A program made the translations under genes and the position numbers. This document shows, piece by piece, positions 1 through 9,576 of a DNA stretch of 32,000 nucleotides. Origin of the DNA: Vibrio vulnificus CMCP6 (GTDB lineage Bacteria; Pseudomonadota; Gammaproteobacteria; Enterobacterales; Vibrionaceae); assembly GCF_000039765.1 (NCBI RefSeq), contig NC_004459.3, positions 210,001-242,000 on the forward strand. The letters run 5' to 3'. Numbering within the stretch: the stretch's first letter is position 1; every line of letters starts with the position of its first letter. The notes under the pieces are model-generated. The model made no database searches. It worked only from the letters and a program-made list of their open reading frames with translations, and was not told the origin of the DNA.

Positions 1-1488
1 CTGAAACCGGACCTTTGGGTGGATAAGGTTCCGGGCTTCGTACCACATTGCCTTTAGTATCAATCACCGCAAACTGATCGCCTTGGGGTGACACAATCAC
101 TTCAAACTCGCGCAAATCACCCGCGGCCAAAATGTTAAATTGAGCGGTTCCTTGAGCAAAACTGGTGGAGGCTTCATAGCTTTGTGCGGCAATCATACTC
201 GCATCATTCGTTGCGACTTGCATTTGCGCGGCCGAGTTACGCGTTGGGCGTAATAAGATTTTTTCGCCCGCTTTGGGCTCATTTCTCACTTCAACACGCA
301 TACCATCCATGTAAAACGCAGACTTAGCTGAATCTAAAGAGACGGAGACCGTTTCGCCCGATGGCTTGGTCACTGTATAGTTACTGCCGTCATAACGAAG
401 CGCATATTCACCACCTTTGAGCGACGCTAAATCGTTAATAAAAACGGCCACTTCGGCTTGCGAATCTGGCGCCGTCACGGCTCTTGATTTGGCGATCACC
501 TCGGCATTTACATCGGTAAAAATCACACCACCAATATTGCCGCGTAAATCCAGACCTTGTTTTTGCAGCTTGTTCACTTCATCAGAAAATCCGGCTGCCA
601 TGCGGCCAAGTTCATCCATCACATAGGGGATTTGGTTGTCACGCATGTCAAGCATGGCGCCGAGTTTGCCGTCTAGACCAACGCTTTTAATCGGTTTTAA
701 TGACTTTCCTTCGTAGATCGCTAGGCGACGTTGATGAACGTCTGGGTAGCCATCAATCATCTTAAGTTGGCTTGCTTCCGTGCCTGAGACGAGCGTATGG
801 CCATTGCCGATATGCACGTTAAAACCTTCCGCGTTTTTCCGCGGAGTCACGGTCACTTTAGTGTATTCAGAAAGCTCTTTGACCAGCTTTTCGTGTTGGT
901 CCATCAAATCGTTATGAGGACCAGGCGTGCGCATCATCAAGCGGTGAATATCACGGATTTCAACCGCAATCTGGTTGATACGCTCTATACCCATATCGAG
1001 TTTTTTATTGGTGACATCGTATTGCTGACGAATGGTTTCATGAAAGCCATTAACGGTTTCACTGATGATTCGCGCTTTTTCCAGTAGAACTTTTCGCGCG
1101 CCAATATCGTTTGGGCTGTCCGCCAAGGTTTTTAGCGCATCGAACCATTCATTAAGATTTTCAGGAATTTTTTTCGACGCAACAGAAGAAAGCATGCTTG
1201 AAAGCATTTCTAAGTTCGCTTCGACATCCCCTTTGTTGGCAAAGTTGGTGGTGGAAAGATTAAGCTCATTAACGGCAAATTGGTCCCAAGAGCGGCGAAC
1301 ATTTTCCACATGCACGCCCATACCGTAGGTAGAACCACCAAACTGACGGGGATCATTGGTCGCTTGAATGACCGACTGACGGCTATAACCTTCTGTATTT
1401 ACGTTAGAAATGTTATGACCGGTAGTATTTAATTGTCTCTGAGCTGTCAGTACGCTCTGAGTACCTACATTCAGAAGATCCGACGCCA
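1..1488 (-). CDS. flgK: Flagellar hook-associated protein 1 FlgK (C-terminus truncated by window edge)
   Basis: Minus-strand ATG at 1488-1486 translates MASDLLNVGTQSVLTAQRQLNTTG..., a typical FlgK N-terminus; sits downstream of flgJ; the frame runs to the window edge. Confidence 0.93.
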
Positions 1489-1545
1489 TAATGCCCCCAA
1501 AAACTCAATCAAATCAGTAAAAACTGATCACCTGACGGTAAAAAT

Positions 1546-1560
1546 GCAAAAGATATGCCA
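1546..1560 (-). promoter_or_regulatory. Putative sigma-54 (-24/-12) promoter for flgK
   Basis: Minus strand reads TGGCATATCTTTTGC, i.e. GG-N10-GC, about 60 nt upstream of the flgK ATG. Confidence 0.7.
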
Positions 1561-1609
1561 ACAAAAACACATGACTGATATAGAAAGGATTTAAGGGTTA
1601 AGGAAGGGT

Positions 1610-1640
1610 AAAAAAACGGCCTATTTTTAGTAGGCCGTTG
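1610..1640 (-). terminator. Rho-independent terminator after flgJ
   Basis: AACGGCCTA-7nt-TAGGCCGTT (9-bp stem) followed by a T-tract on the minus strand, just after the flgJ stop. Confidence 0.85.
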
Positions 1641-1645
1641 GGAGA

Positions 1646-2566
1646 TTACATGTTGTCGATACGTTGCTGCACTTTGAGCACTTTGTCGGCGTATTCAGGA
1701 TCCGTCGCATAACCTGCACGATGAATACCGCGAATAAAGCTTTCAGAATCGCCATTGTGCTGAAGTGCGGTCTGATAACGCGGATTGTTATTTAAAAACG
1801 CTACGTAATCATTAAAGCTGTCGGCAAACGAATCGTATGAACGAAACGCTGCCGTTTCCTTCACTGGCGTATTGTCGTGGAACTCTAAAGTTTGCGTAGT
1901 AACTTTGTCACCCGCCCAACTGCGATCCGCTTTGATGTTGAAGAGGTTATTGCTGCTGCCACGAGCATTTTTCACCACTTTCTGCCCCCAGCCTGTTTCC
2001 AAGGCCGCTTGTGCGAGCAATAGAGAAGGTTCAACCCCTAAGGATTTTGCCACCCTTTCCGCGTAAGGTCTCATCGAAGTAATGAACGACTCTGGTGAAT
2101 CAAACCTTGCCTTATCACTGCGAGCAAGCTGGCCTGACTCAATCAGGCGCTGCTCGGTTTCTCGCGCTTTCGAGCGATTGATTGGCATACGTTGTGGCGC
2201 TTCTTGTCCCGCTTCACGCATTGCCAACTCATTTTTGTCGATGCCTTTTCCACTGCTTAACTGCGCCACAATCATGTCCGCTAAGCCAAGCGAACCGGAA
2301 GAGCTGAGCTCACTGGCCATCTGTTCATCCAACATTTGGCGATAGAACAGCTGGTTTTGGCTGTTCATCAAATCCGATTCAAAACCACTATTGGCTTCGC
2401 GCATCGATTTAAACAACATGGAAGTAAAAATCGACTCAAACTGTTTTGCCGCCGCTTCTAGTGCTTTTTGTTCACCGCCATCTTTATCGTTCACGGCTTG
2501 CTGACGTAGCTTATCAAGATTGCTAATGTCGTGAATAAAGCCGATGTCGTTTGGATTGTTAATCAT
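1646..2566 (-). CDS. flgJ: Flagellar rod assembly protein / peptidoglycan hydrolase FlgJ
   Basis: 306-aa ORF with N-terminal rod-binding region (KQFESIFTSMLFKSMREAN) and C-terminal glucosaminidase-type domain (AQAALETGWGQK); operon position. Confidence 0.96.
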   Translation of the reverse strand: MINNPNDIGFIHDISNLDKLRQQAVNDKDGGEQKALEAAAKQFESIFTSMLFKSMREANSGFESDLMNSQNQLFYRQMLDEQMASELSSSGSLGLADMIVAQLSSGKGIDKNELAMREAGQEAPQRMPINRSKARETEQRLIESGQLARSDKARFDSPESFITSMRPYAERVAKSLGVEPSLLLAQAALETGWGQKVVKNARGSSNNLFNIKADRSWAGDKVTTQTLEFHDNTPVKETAAFRSYDSFADSFNDYVAFLNNNPRYQTALQHNGDSESFIRGIHRAGYATDPEYADKVLKVQQRIDNM

Positions 2567-2582
2567 ATTGCCTCCAAACCGA

Positions 2583-3674
2583 TCAGATGATGATCAGTTG
2601 TCCCTCGATAGCACCCGCTTGTTTAAGCGCTTGTAGAATGGCCATCAAATCTGACGGTGCAGCACCGACTTGGTTAACCGCGCGAACAAGATCATCCAAG
2701 GTTAAGCCCGGCTCAAATTTGAACATCTTACCTTGTTCTTCGGTCACTGAAATATCTGAATTGGGAACAACAACGGTTTCGCCACCCGAGAAACCATTCG
2801 GCTGACTCACACTCAAGTTTTCTTTAATCGCAACCGTCATACCACCGTGAGTCACGGCCGCAGGTTTTAATCGAACATGTTTACCCACCACAATGGTACC
2901 CGTACGTGAGTTAACAATGATTTTGGCTGCGCCGTCTGCTGGATCAAACTCGAGGTTTTCAATGGCAGAAAGAAAGGCGACGCGCTGACTGATGTCGCGG
3001 GGTGCTCGCACACGTACCGACGTCGCATCGACCGCAGAGGCCATTTGAGGACCAAGGAAATTATTGACGGCATCGGCCATGCGTTGTGCGGTGGTGAAAT
3101 CAGATTCAAGTAAGTTGAATGTAATGAAGTCGCCACGGCCAAATGGGGTTGGCACTTCACGCTCAACCATGGCACCGCTAGAGATAATACCGACGGTTGG
3201 GTTATTGCCGACGATTTTAGAGCCATCCGCCCCTTCTGCGCTAAAACCGCTCACCACTAAGTTGCCTTGTGCCACGGCATAAACTTGCCCATCCAAACCT
3301 TTCAAGAAGGTTTGCAGCAAGGTACCGCCACGTAAGCTCTTGGCACTACCAATAGAGGAGACCGTCACATCAATCTGTTGACCGGGTTTAGAAAAAGGAG
3401 GAAGTTCTGCCGTTACCATTACAGCGGCAACGTTTTTGATTTTTGGTTTGGTTCCCGCAGGCAACTGAATGCCGAAGTTTTGTAGCATTGCGGCAAAACT
3501 CTGCTCGGTAAACGGTGTGGATTCACCCGTTCCAGGCAAACCAGAGACAAGACCATAACCTACTAATTGGTTGCTTCTTACCCCTGCCACCTGAGCAACA
3601 TCTTTAATACGCGCCGCATAGGCCGAGGTCATCGGCAATACAAAACATAACAACAGTAGGGTGAACTTTTTCAT
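2583..3674 (-). CDS. flgI: Flagellar P-ring protein FlgI
   Basis: 363 aa with signal peptide, [30 protein letters not shown] motif and conserved C-terminus [14 protein letters not shown]. Confidence 0.97.
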
Positions 3675-3733
3675 CTTAACTTACCTTTCTCTAGTGCAGG
3701 ATCAAGCCGTCAAATTGCCATCGGCTTTGCCGC

Positions 3734-4513
3734 TTATAGAGAGACATTAAAGAATCGTGCCAAGAATCCAGGCTCTTGCATATCTTGTTGTGTCCCGGTA
3801 CCAGAATATTGAATTCTTGCGTTAGAAACGCGATTTGACGCAATAGTGTTGTCAAAACTAATATCATCAGGACGAATTGTGCCACTGAGGCGAATGTACT
3901 CATCACCCGTATTCAGCGTCAGCCACTTCTCACCACGAATCACGAGGTTGCCATTGGCCAGTACTTCGATCACTTCCACGGTGATGTAACCGCTGATGCT
4001 GTTGCTCTGTTTTGCCGACGCATCGCCAGTGAAGTTGTTTGAGTTGGTCAGGTTGTAAGAGAAATTATACTTACCGTCGATTTTGAGCTCTTGCCCACCC
4101 ACTTCAAGGGGATCCATGCTTGAATCGTTGCTTTTCGACAGGTCCGCATTGGCACTTTTGGAAGCATTGGTTTTTTCATCCAGAGTGACGGTAATGATGT
4201 CACCGACGCCGCGAGGCTTCGAGTCATCATAAAGATTCGACAAATGATTCACGCTAAATAGCGAGCCCGTTTCCGCAGCGTAGTGCTCTGGCTGCTGTTT
4301 CGGATGAATGGGAGCCCACGCAGGATCGCCTGCCACGGGATCGCTACGTCCACGCAAGGTATCGACGATACCCGAGCTCTCGTCCTTCGACTTATCCCCT
4401 TCAACCGCATCCACCACTGTCGTCGCATTGACCACTTCTGGGGTTTCGATTGGCTCAAGCATGGTACAGCCACTCATGATGGTGACTAAAGCAATCAGAC
4501 TGATGCGTTTCAT
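3734..4513 (-). CDS. flgH: Flagellar L-ring lipoprotein FlgH (start refined)
   Basis: The ORF track starts at 4570, but the lipoprotein signal [16 protein letters not shown] begins at the ATG at 4513; FlgH motifs [20 protein letters not shown] and GEKWLTLN. Confidence 0.95.
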   Translation of the reverse strand: MKRISLIALVTIMSGCTMLEPIETPEVVNATTVVDAVEGDKSKDESSGIVDTLRGRSDPVAGDPAWAPIHPKQQPEHYAAETGSLFSVNHLSNLYDDSKPRGVGDIITVTLDEKTNASKSANADLSKSNDSSMDPLEVGGQELKIDGKYNFSYNLTNSNNFTGDASAKQSNSISGYITVEVIEVLANGNLVIRGEKWLTLNTGDEYIRLSGTIRPDDISFDNTIASNRVSNARIQYSGTGTQQDMQEPGFLARFFNVSL

Positions 4514-4550
4514 GGCGATATTCTCTCCTACTCGTTTAGCTAACCAGCGC

Positions 4551-5339
4551 TTAAAGCTGCTGGTTAACAAAACTCATCATCTTATCGACCGATGAGATGA
4601 CTTTTGAATTCATTTCGTAAACACGTTGTGCTTCGATCATGTTGACCAATTCTTCCGTTACGTTCACGTTGGATGTTTCTAGCATGGATTGGCGCACTTC
4701 ACCCAAGCCATCAAGGCCAGGTACCCCTTCTTGTGGGTCACCACTCGCCCCTGTCGGCAAGTAGAGGTTCTGACCAATGGGCTCTAGACCACCTGGGTTA
4801 ACAAAGTCGGTAATGGTGATTTGCCCAACCACTTGGTTATTCTGCTGGCCACGAATACGCACAGAGACTTCACCGTCCGTACCGACAGTAATGGAAATGG
4901 CGTCTTCAGGGATCACAATTTCAGGTTCTAATGGATAACCCGAACCGGATGTGACTACGACACCTTCACCGTTCAGTGTGAACTGGCCATTGCGGGAGTA
5001 ACCAATATTGCCGTCGGGCATGGTGATTTGGAAAAAGCCATCCCCTTCAACCATCAGATCCAACGCATTGGTGGTGGTTTGGGCGTTACCATGTGTATGC
5101 ACTTTTTGTGTTGCGACCACTTTTGAGCCCGCACCTAACATCAAACCACTGGGTAGTTGCGTATTCTGAGAAGATTGACCGCCAGGTTGGTTAATATTTT
5201 GGTAGAACAGATCTTCAAATACCGCACGACCCTTTTTAAAACCGATGGTTGAGGCGTTCGCTAGGTTGTTTGAAATTGTCGCGATATTGGTTTGTTGAGC
5301 GTCTAAGCCCGTTTTACTTACCCATAGTGCCGGATGCAT
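4551..5339 (-). CDS. flgG: Flagellar distal rod protein FlgG
   Basis: 262 aa, [47 protein letters not shown]; C-term [21 protein letters not shown]. Confidence 0.97.
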   Translation of the reverse strand: MHPALWVSKTGLDAQQTNIATISNNLANASTIGFKKGRAVFEDLFYQNINQPGGQSSQNTQLPSGLMLGAGSKVVATQKVHTHGNAQTTTNALDLMVEGDGFFQITMPDGNIGYSRNGQFTLNGEGVVVTSGSGYPLEPEIVIPEDAISITVGTDGEVSVRIRGQQNNQVVGQITITDFVNPGGLEPIGQNLYLPTGASGDPQEGVPGLDGLGEVRQSMLETSNVNVTEELVNMIEAQRVYEMNSKVISSVDKMMSFVNQQL

Positions 5340-5360
5340 AATCTGTGACCTCTAATTCTG

Positions 5361-6110
5361 TTAGCTCATACGAAGCAGAGAATCAGACGACTTGTCCATC
5401 TCTTCTGCTGTGCTCATCATTTTTACCTGCATCTCAAATTGACGTTGCAGGTCAATCAGAGCCGTCATTTCACCAACAGCATTCACGTTGCTGCCCTCAA
5501 TGGCACCTGTCATGATTTGCACCGTTGGATCCGCTTCGTACGGCTGATTGGGTTCCTTGTGGCGGAACAGGCCATTGGTGTCTTTAAACAAGGCACTGTC
5601 ATTGGTCTTGACCAGCTTAATACGATCGATTTCTTCCATCTCTTCCGCTGGCGCTCCTTGAGGTAAGACCGAAATCGTGCCGTCGCGACCGATTTCAATT
5701 TTGCTCACAGGAAGAGGAATGGTAATGGGTGCACCACCTTCCCCAAGGACCAAATGTCCACTGGCATTGCTCAGTAGTCCATTTTGATCGACTTTCAGAT
5801 TACCGTTACGGGTTAACCCTTCTTTGCCTAGTTTATCCATCACCCCAATCCAACCATTTCCCTCAATCGTAATATCGAGGTCACGGCCTGTGGTGATCAC
5901 ACTGCCTTGAGCAAAATTATGTCCTGGGCGCTCTGTCATGCTGAAAACTCGAGTAGGTAGCCCGTCACCGTACGCTTGCATTGAACGAGCTTGTGCTAAA
6001 TCTGCACGAAACCCTGTTGTGCTCACGTTGGCTAGGTTGTTCGCTCGTAGTTGCAGAGCCTGCATATTCTGCTTGGCACCACTCATAGCAAGAAAGAGTG
6101 CACGATCCAT
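5361..6110 (-). CDS. flgF: Flagellar proximal rod protein FlgF
   Basis: MDRALFLAMSGAKQNMQALQLRANNLANVSTTGFRADLAQARS. The track start at 6122 adds MERI; the internal ATG at 6110 is the more likely start. Confidence 0.94.
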   Translation of the reverse strand: MDRALFLAMSGAKQNMQALQLRANNLANVSTTGFRADLAQARSMQAYGDGLPTRVFSMTERPGHNFAQGSVITTGRDLDITIEGNGWIGVMDKLGKEGLTRNGNLKVDQNGLLSNASGHLVLGEGGAPITIPLPVSKIEIGRDGTISVLPQGAPAEEMEEIDRIKLVKTNDSALFKDTNGLFRHKEPNQPYEADPTVQIMTGAIEGSNVNAVGEMTALIDLQRQFEMQVKMMSTAEEMDKSSDSLLRMS

Positions 6111-6146
6111 AATCCGCTCCAAAAATCTTAATCTAAGACCTTAAAA

Positions 6147-6161
6147 GCAAGCATCATGCCA
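6147..6161 (-). promoter_or_regulatory. Putative sigma-54 (-24/-12) promoter for flgF
   Basis: Minus strand TGGCATGATGCTTGC (GG-N10-GC) within about 40-50 nt of the flgF start. Confidence 0.65.
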
Positions 6162-6292
6162 ATTTATTTTATTCAATGAATTCAAACACATAGAAGAATA
6201 ACTACGAAAGAGGCAATCAGAGAGAGGCAAACCATCGGTAGAAAAGATGCCGATCGGCAATCAGAGAGGCAAAGTATGATAGATGTGAATAA

Positions 6293-6326
6293 TGCTTAGC
6301 CTGAGTGAGGTCGTTCAGGCTAAGCA
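6293..6326 (-). terminator. Strong stem-loop downstream of flgE (possible attenuator or processing hairpin)
   Basis: Perfect 12-bp inverted repeat TGCTTAGCCTGA ... TCAGGCTAAGCA with 10-nt loop; no convincing T-tract on the minus strand. Confidence 0.55.
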
Positions 6327-6351
6327 CCAGATGAATGTCATGTAAAAACGA

Positions 6352-7656
6352 TTAACGAATCTGCAGGATGTTCTGTTGTAGCTGGTTGTGAACTTCTAGC
6401 GCACGTGAGTTTGCTTGGAAGTTTCGCTGAGCAGAAATCAGATCCACCAGCTCTTGAGTCATATCGATATTCGACTGCTCAAGCGCACCGCTGGAAACCG
6501 TACCAAATGAACCTTTGTTTGATTCACCCCAGATTTTATCGCCTGAGTTATTGGTTGAATTCCACTGCGTACCACCTTTCTTATCCAAGCCTTGCTCATT
6601 TGGAACACGTACCAAGGCAACTCGGCCTAGAGTCACGTTTTCACCGTTAGAGTATGTACCGTAAACACTGCCGTTTTCGTCGATATCAACTTTGGTCAAG
6701 AAACCCGTGGTGGCACCATCTTCATCGAACTTTGTCAGCTCAAATGGCGCGGCAAACTGGGTTGATGAGTTTAAATCAAACGCGATGGTTTGCGTTGGAT
6801 CGCCACCGTTCATATCAATCGGCACAGCACCAGCACCAAGCGGATCTGAAATGATTGGCTGACCATTGTTGAGACTTGCCAATGTACCATCATTATTGAA
6901 CTTAACGGTGTGGCCAATATGACCTGTCGCGTTGGTCGCATCACCGCCAGCAATATTGAGAGGTTTTTCACCTTGGCTGTCTGTTACCGTGTAGTACGTC
7001 TGCCAAGTATTGGGCTGAGTCTGATCTTTCAAATAGTAGGTGGTTAATTTGTAAGATTGACCCATTGAGTCATAGATCGTCGAAGAAGTAGAACGGTTAT
7101 ACGTATCTGGATCTTCGAAATCAAATGCCTGTGGATCTTTAAGCGCACCACTGGCAGGTAGGTTAACACCCACAGTGACATTCGAGGTCTGCTTTGGCTT
7201 ACCAAACTCCGCAGGGATGTTCAGAGGCTGGGGTTCATAAGAAGCCACATCGCCACTCAACGGGTCCACTTGATAACCCAGTAAGTATTCATCATTCGCC
7301 GTCACCATGTAGTTGTCTTTGCTTAGATGAAATGCACCATTACGTGTTAGTTCGTTCTGGTTGGGTACCATGCGGTCTTTCGCTACGGCAAAAAAACCGG
7401 TGCCGCTAATGCGCAAATCCATAGGGTTGTTAGTGTAAATACTTGAACCTTCGTGGAACTGTTGTGCCACTTGGTTTGCTTGTACACCACCACCTGGAGT
7501 GGTTTTCGCATTGGTAAAGAGTGAGTTAGAGTAAACATCACCAAACTCCGCACGCGACTCTTTAAAGCCGTAGGTATTGGCGTTAGCAATGTTGTTACTC
7601 GTGGTATTTAGATCTAACTGAGCTGCGGACAAACCGCTTAAAGATACATATGACAT
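6352..7656 (-). CDS. flgE: Flagellar hook protein FlgE
   Basis: 434 aa, MSYVSLSGLSAAQLDLNTTSNNIANANTYGFKESRAEFGDVY; C-term MTQELVDLISAQRNFQANSRALEVHNQLQQNILQIR. Confidence 0.97.
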   Translation of the reverse strand: MSYVSLSGLSAAQLDLNTTSNNIANANTYGFKESRAEFGDVYSNSLFTNAKTTPGGGVQANQVAQQFHEGSSIYTNNPMDLRISGTGFFAVAKDRMVPNQNELTRNGAFHLSKDNYMVTANDEYLLGYQVDPLSGDVASYEPQPLNIPAEFGKPKQTSNVTVGVNLPASGALKDPQAFDFEDPDTYNRSTSSTIYDSMGQSYKLTTYYLKDQTQPNTWQTYYTVTDSQGEKPLNIAGGDATNATGHIGHTVKFNNDGTLASLNNGQPIISDPLGAGAVPIDMNGGDPTQTIAFDLNSSTQFAAPFELTKFDEDGATTGFLTKVDIDENGSVYGTYSNGENVTLGRVALVRVPNEQGLDKKGGTQWNSTNNSGDKIWGESNKGSFGTVSSGALEQSNIDMTQELVDLISAQRNFQANSRALEVHNQLQQNILQIR

Positions 7657-7686
7657 TCCAAAATCTCCTGAATCTAGCCAGCGTAA

Positions 7687-8394
7687 TTACGCTTTGCCAA
7701 CTTCTAGTACTTCAGCAAGTCGAACTGGCGAATCAAAGCCAGCCAGATTGAGCAGTACGTTACCATCACCTTTACCTAGCAATACACTGTTTACGTTGGC
7801 ATAAGTGGATACTGGGAAGTCACTTGACTGACCATCCAATAAACCTGATGCCTTCACTTTGTATTTGCCAGCCGGCAATGGATTACCGTTTTCGTCGTTG
7901 CCGTCCCATTCAACACGGTTATCTCCCGCAGGTTTCGCTCCTACCTCAAAAGAACGAACCAGTTGGCCAATTTCGTTTTCCACACGGACAATCACGTTAT
8001 CCATCGCTTGTGGAAGTTTGACCATGGCAGGCATACCCGTATTTTCTTGCTTCAGCCCCGCCGCTCCTGGAACCAAAACATCACGACCCACTAAAGAAGA
8101 AGCCTGTAATGCTTGGTTTGACGTCATCGATGAGTTGAGGCTCTCGAACTGAGAGTTCATCTTGCCGATGCCATCGACGGTCGCAAATGACGCCATTTGC
8201 GCAATCATCTGGTCGTTACTCACCGGCTTAAAAGGATCCTGTTGAGCAAGCTGCTTGGTCAACAACGATAAAAAGTCTTCTTGTTTAAGCTCTTGTTTAC
8301 CTGTTGTTTCTGTTGGCTTCTTGCTCTCTTGCAAACTCTTAAGCTGGTCGATATAGGACAAGCCGCTTTGACCAACGTTATTGATTCCGGCCAT
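7687..8394 (-). CDS. flgD: Flagellar hook assembly/scaffold protein FlgD
   Basis: 235 aa, QEDFLSLLTKQLAQQDPFKPVSNDQMIAQMASFATVDGIGKMN and the FlgD-type Ig/tudor-like region. Confidence 0.96.
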   Translation of the reverse strand: MAGINNVGQSGLSYIDQLKSLQESKKPTETTGKQELKQEDFLSLLTKQLAQQDPFKPVSNDQMIAQMASFATVDGIGKMNSQFESLNSSMTSNQALQASSLVGRDVLVPGAAGLKQENTGMPAMVKLPQAMDNVIVRVENEIGQLVRSFEVGAKPAGDNRVEWDGNDENGNPLPAGKYKVKASGLLDGQSSDFPVSTYANVNSVLLGKGDGNVLLNLAGFDSPVRLAEVLEVGKA

Positions 8395-8411
8395 ACGCTA
8401 CCTCCTTATCC

Positions 8412-8828
8412 CTATTGACCCATCTGCAGCGTACGCAGCAGCATTTGTTTACTTGCATCTGCAACTTGAACGTTTGTTTGGTACGCTCGTGAAGCAGAAA
8501 TCATGTTGGCCATTTCTTCCATCACATTGACATTAGGCTTGTAGATATAGCCTTCATCGTTTGCGAGTGGGTGCTCTGGGTTGTATTCCGCGCTCAGCGG
8601 TTTATCGCTTTCCACAATGCCAAGTACTTTCACAGGAACCGTGTCCCCGCGGTTGTACATCGCATTACTTAACTCAGCACCAAACACCGCGTGACGAGCT
8701 TTGTAAGTATCTTTAGCAGAACTACTGACACTATCCGCGTTGGCTAGGTTACTTGAGGTCGTATTTAGACGAACAGATTCAGCACTCATTGCAGAACCAG
8801 TCACATTGAACACATTAAATAAGCTCAT
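8412..8828 (-). CDS. flgC: Flagellar rod protein FlgC
   Basis: 138 aa, MSLFNVFNVTGSAMSAESVRLNTTSSNLANADS; C-term MISASRAYQTNVQVADASKQMLLRTLQMGQ. Confidence 0.97.
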   Translation of the reverse strand: MSLFNVFNVTGSAMSAESVRLNTTSSNLANADSVSSSAKDTYKARHAVFGAELSNAMYNRGDTVPVKVLGIVESDKPLSAEYNPEHPLANDEGYIYKPNVNVMEEMANMISASRAYQTNVQVADASKQMLLRTLQMGQ

Positions 8829-8832
8829 CTAA

Positions 8833-9228
8833 TTATTCCCCTTTGATCGCTTTCGTTAAGTTCTTAAATTTCCCGCCCAAAAAATCGAGAGACGCTTGAT
8901 GACGAATTTGATTCTGCATAAACAAATTACGCTCGAGATCCAAATCCACCGTATTGCCATCTCCGGTATCTGGTTGAGTCGGTAAACGATAAAGTTTTTC
9001 ACCCATTACCGTTGTAGTGGCAGGAATATGCCGACCATCCGTACGGCTAAGACCAATGCTTGCCCCCGAACTTGCCGCCTGCAGTTCCTTAGAAAAATCT
9101 AGCCCTCTTGCCTTGTAGCCAGGTGTGTTTGCTTGCGCAATGTTAGTAGAGATAACCTCTGCATTGCGTTCACGCACGCCCACCGTGTGTTGGTGGATGC
9201 CTAGTGCCTTGTCAAAAGAGATAGTCAT
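8833..9228 (-). CDS. flgB: Flagellar rod protein FlgB
   Basis: 131 aa, ISTNIAQANTPGYKARGLDF, RHIPATT; upstream of flgC. Confidence 0.97.
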   Translation of the reverse strand: MTISFDKALGIHQHTVGVRERNAEVISTNIAQANTPGYKARGLDFSKELQAASSGASIGLSRTDGRHIPATTTVMGEKLYRLPTQPDTGDGNTVDLDLERNLFMQNQIRHQASLDFLGGKFKNLTKAIKGE

Positions 9229-9273
9229 AACTTGCCTCTACAAATAGAACTGACCGTTATTGGTTAAACAAAA

Positions 9274-9288
9274 GCAATTAGTGTGCCA
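9274..9288 (-). promoter_or_regulatory. Putative sigma-54 (-24/-12) promoter for the flgB operon
   Basis: Minus strand TTTTGGCACACTAATTGCTTTT, near-consensus TGGCAC-N5-TTGC, about 50 nt upstream of flgB. Confidence 0.85.
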
Positions 9289-9521
9289 AAAGACAAAACC
9301 AACAAAATTTGTTTTAACCGATATTGGAATAGCAATAACTAAGCCATGTCAGTGAAGGGAATGTCATAAAGCTTCACCAACATGACTGGTTTTAAAATTA
9401 TACACCCAAACAATCTGAAGGCGCCCGTTTAGTGGAAGTGAACCAGAGAGCTCGAAGGAAAATGACAGAAGACCTAAGAGGCTGAGGGAACTAGGGACTA
9501 GAAAACTAGAAAACTAGATAT

Positions 9522-9552
9522 AAAAAAACAGCTCGAGAATATCGAGCTGTTT
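9522..9552 (-). terminator. Rho-independent terminator after cheR
   Basis: CAGCTCGA-5nt-TCGAGCTG stem extended by A/T pairs with a T-tract on the minus strand. Confidence 0.85.
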
Positions 9553-9576
9553 GAATTTTGTCTGTTGCTTTGCAAA

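Noticed and set aside
417-1328. Plus-strand ORFs of 69-96 aa within flgK
   Set aside because: Antisense to a well-supported flagellar CDS, with no recognisable protein features.
4249-4595. Overlapping ORFs around flgH on both strands (74, 68 and 95 aa)
   Set aside because: Shadow frames of the FlgH coding region; no independent support.
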